From Algihabitans sp. (GTDB lineage Bacteria > Pseudomonadota > Alphaproteobacteria > Kiloniellales > DSM-21159): a stretch of 24,000 nt of DNA. How positions within the stretch are numbered: position 1 is the stretch's first letter; each line of letters starts with the position of its first letter. The translations under genes were made by a program, and so were the position numbers. Positions 21,848 through 24,000 of this stretch are shown here, in pieces. The notes below the pieces were generated by a model. The model saw only the letters and a list, made by a program, of their open reading frames with translations, searched no databases and was not told where the DNA came from. The stretch spans positions 1,662,997-1,686,996 of the forward strand of contig CBDDTF010000003.1 in NCBI GenBank assembly GCA_965233705.1, read 5' to 3'.

Positions 21848-23545
21848 TCACTTATCGAACAAACTCAGGTCGAGCCCAAACGCCCGGCCCCGTTCGCGTT
21901 TGCGCTCCCGCTCAAGGCGCCGCTCCTTGGCCAGACGCCACGCGCGATGGAGCTGCTCGCGCCGCTCGTCCGACAGTCGGCTGCGCTCGATGGCCTTCTC
22001 GGTCACACGGGACAGTGCCCGCGCTCGCGCCTTGATCTTCTCCAGCATGGTCTCGCGGAGAGCCTGCGGGCTGCCTGCGATCTGCTGTAACATCTCGAAG
22101 TCGCGGATGGCCTGCTTCACCCGCCGCCGCGCCTGCTCGATTTCCGAACGAGTATGCTCCAGCCGGTTCCTGGCGTCCCGCCACCGGCGGCGGCGCTCGA
22201 TGATGTAGCGATAGTAGCGCCTGGCCTCCTTCCGGTCGGCCGTCCGCGTGTCGCCCAGCCGCATGCCGCGCACCGCCCCCAGGATGAAGGGGTCCTTTTC
22301 GATCATGCGTTCGGCGTCGCGGATGCCGAACTTCTCCTCCAGGTCATCCCAGACCGCGCGGGCCTTGACGGCGTCCCGGTAGACCTTGCCCAGAATGTCG
22401 TCGAGGCTGCGGTCACGCTTCTGAAGCCATGCCTCGTCTCGGGGCACCTGCTTCTCGGCGAAGGATTGCTGACGCTCGGCGTAACGCACCTTGCCGGCGG
22501 CCGACCGGTAGGACGCCTCGATCTGGCTCCAGTAGCGGAAGTCCATGTCGGCCGCATCGAACCGCTGCACGGCCACCTCGGCCGGGTCGCGGTCGGGCTC
22601 CTCGGCGAACATACCCTCGACGGTGCGCCGCTCGGGCGGGGCCATGTCCGACGTGTCGGGGGTCGGCTCCTCCTTGCCCTGCTCCCGCTGCGCCACGCGC
22701 GCGGCCTGCCGCGTCATGTGGTCGTCAAAGCTCTGCGCGAAGCGTTCCTCCAGGGCATGGAAGCGCACACCCTTGCCCATATCGGAGAGCTTGGCGAAGC
22801 GCTCCCCGTCGGTGAGGATCAGACCCTGCCCCTTGCGTTCCAGGGTGACGCCCTTTTCGGCAAGCCGCTGGGCCAGGTCATCCCAATCTCGGGCGCGGAT
22901 GAAGTCGTCCTTCAGGCGGCGGCGCAGGTCGGCAACATCGTCCTTGGCGAAGGGGATCTGGGCCTCGCGTTGCTCCCGCCGCGCCTGCCAGTATTCGGCG
23001 TCGGAGACGGTGGGGCCGAAGTCCTCCACCACGTCCCGGCCGAGCTGGCGCTCGTACTCGCGGTTGCGCAGGATGTTGAGGCCGTGCTCCTGCGCCAGTT
23101 CCTGCACGATGCCGGTCAGCCGCCGCCCGTCCTGATGCCGGTCATAGGCAACGTGCTTCTCGGGATGCACCCGGTTCACCAGAAAATGCAGGTGGGGGTG
23201 GTCGGTGTCGCGGTGGCTGTAGACCAGGAGCTGATGCTCCGTCAGGCCCATCCGCTCGATGACCTGTTGCGCGACCTTCCTCTTCACCTCCGGCGTCACC
23301 TTCCCCGCCGCCGCGTCCTTCGGGTCGAAGGTGATCATGAAGTGATAGGCCGGCTGCTTGCAGCGCACCGACTTGGCGGCCGTCGCGTCCATGACGGCCG
23401 CCGCCGCACGCGGGTCGTCGGTCAAAAGATTGCGGGTTTCGACGAACTCCACCCGGTCAGGGGAGAGCCCCTTGATCTGGCCGGCGAGATAGAGTGCCGA
23501 GCCCCGGAAGCTCTCCGGCTGACGGGCGGGCACCTTAAAGCGCAT
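21848..23545 (-). CDS. Relaxase / mobilization nuclease (MobA/VirD2-type, Pfam Relaxase-like)
   Basis: It has an N-terminal relaxase core with the histidine triad HRDTDHPHLHFLVNRV. Candidate catalytic Tyr residues lie in the N-terminal region (ALYLAGQ and PAYHFMITF); I cannot assign which. The C-terminal half is long, charged and coiled. An 11-nt overlap with mobC has GGAGGGGAG as SD. Confidence 0.88.
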   Translation of the reverse strand: MRFKVPARQPESFRGSALYLAGQIKGLSPDRVEFVETRNLLTDDPRAAAAVMDATAAKSVRCKQPAYHFMITFDPKDAAAGKVTPEVKRKVAQQVIERMGLTEHQLLVYSHRDTDHPHLHFLVNRVHPEKHVAYDRHQDGRRLTGIVQELAQEHGLNILRNREYERQLGRDVVEDFGPTVSDAEYWQARREQREAQIPFAKDDVADLRRRLKDDFIRARDWDDLAQRLAEKGVTLERKGQGLILTDGERFAKLSDMGKGVRFHALEERFAQSFDDHMTRQAARVAQREQGKEEPTPDTSDMAPPERRTVEGMFAEEPDRDPAEVAVQRFDAADMDFRYWSQIEASYRSAAGKVRYAERQQSFAEKQVPRDEAWLQKRDRSLDDILGKVYRDAVKARAVWDDLEEKFGIRDAERMIEKDPFILGAVRGMRLGDTRTADRKEARRYYRYIIERRRRWRDARNRLEHTRSEIEQARRRVKQAIRDFEMLQQIAGSPQALRETMLEKIKARARALSRVTEKAIERSRLSDERREQLHRAWRLAKERRLERERKRERGRAFGLDLSLFDK

Positions 23546-24000
23546 CGCTCCCCTCCGGGCCGTCGGGCTCCCGTCTCTTCGGTCCCTTGGCGACCGCCTT
23601 GTGGATCGGGGCCAGCACGTCCTTCAGGATCGTGAGCGCCTCGTCGCGCTCCGCGTCGTCGATGTCCTTCCCGGAGTTGGCGCGGCGGGCGAGGCTGTTG
23701 ATCAGGTGGCCAATGCCGTTGACGGCCTCGACGTGGTGCATGAGGACGGGCGCCAGGTCGGCGCGGTCGGTCAGGCGCTCGATCATCTCTTTGCCAACAT
23801 AGAGCACCCACGGGCGGTAGGTCTCATCCCCGGTGGCGGCTTCGAGCTGGGCCAAGTTGTTGGCGATCCGCCCCAGCTCATAGAACACGTCCTCGATGGC
23901 CTTCGCCTTCGCCGGCTTGGCTCTGGGCTTCCGGCCCATCGCTGTCTCGCGGACATAGTCGGCGAAGGTGACGCCGGCCTCGACGGCACGCTGCTGGATG
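23535..24000 (-). CDS. mobC: MobC-family relaxosome accessory protein (5' end outside window)
   Basis: The frame stays open to the window edge (...IQQRAVEAGVTFADYVRETAMGRKP...), so Met 23939 is internal. LGRIANNLAQL and GIGHLINSLARRAN resemble the MobC (G)xNLNQxAR repeats. Confidence 0.75.
   Translation of the reverse strand, partial: IQQRAVEAGVTFADYVRETAMGRKPRAKPAKAKAIEDVFYELGRIANNLAQLEAATGDETYRPWVLYVGKEMIERLTDRADLAPVLMHHVEAVNGIGHLINSLARRANSGKDIDDAERDEALTILKDVLAPIHKAVAKGPKRREPDGPEGSDAL

Noticed and set aside
22154-23635. 493-aa plus-strand ORF, plus other overlapping ORFs in 21900-23811
   Set aside because: They are antisense or out of frame relative to the relaxase and mobC genes, which carry recognisable family motifs. 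These are high-GC shadow ORFs.
1-24000. CRISPR arrays, tRNA/rRNA genes, IS elements with terminal inverted repeats
   Set aside because: No regularly spaced direct repeats, no cloverleaf-like or rRNA-like segments and no transposase ORFs were found. Intergenic space is small and is accounted for by promoters and terminators.

Overview
High-GC (alphaproteobacterium-like) segment of a mobile element, either an integrative/mobilizable element or a plasmid-derived island. Almost all of its cargo is anti-phage defence. Left to right: (1) a tyrosine integrase whose 5' end runs off the window, plus an AlpA/Xis-like HTH. (2) A complete minus-strand type III CBASS operon (CD-NTase, HORMA, TRIP13-like AAA+, NucC-like nuclease). 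(3) Divergent from it, a fused XRE-HTH/ImmA-IrrE metallopeptidase followed by a PIN nuclease. (4) A six-gene translationally coupled minus-strand operon: small HTH, hsdM, hsdS, an Mrr-family endonuclease, an unknown 194-aa protein with a hydrophobic C-terminal tail, and hsdR. (5) A serine recombinase. (6) A luxR-luxI quorum-sensing pair with a small ORF coupled to luxI. (7) parA plus an RHH parG-like gene. (8) A TraG/VirD4 coupling protein. (9) A low-GC standalone SIR2-family gene. (10) A relaxase and a mobC that runs off the right edge. No rRNA, tRNA or CRISPR array was seen. The best candidates for something undescribed are the Mrr + ORF194 pair locked inside the type I R-M operon, the fused HTH-peptidase + PIN module wired back-to-back to the CBASS promoter, and the single-gene SIR2 island. 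A 17-bp CTG-N10-CAG palindrome occurs exactly twice, at luxI and upstream of traG. All functional calls come from motif recognition by eye; no database search was run.
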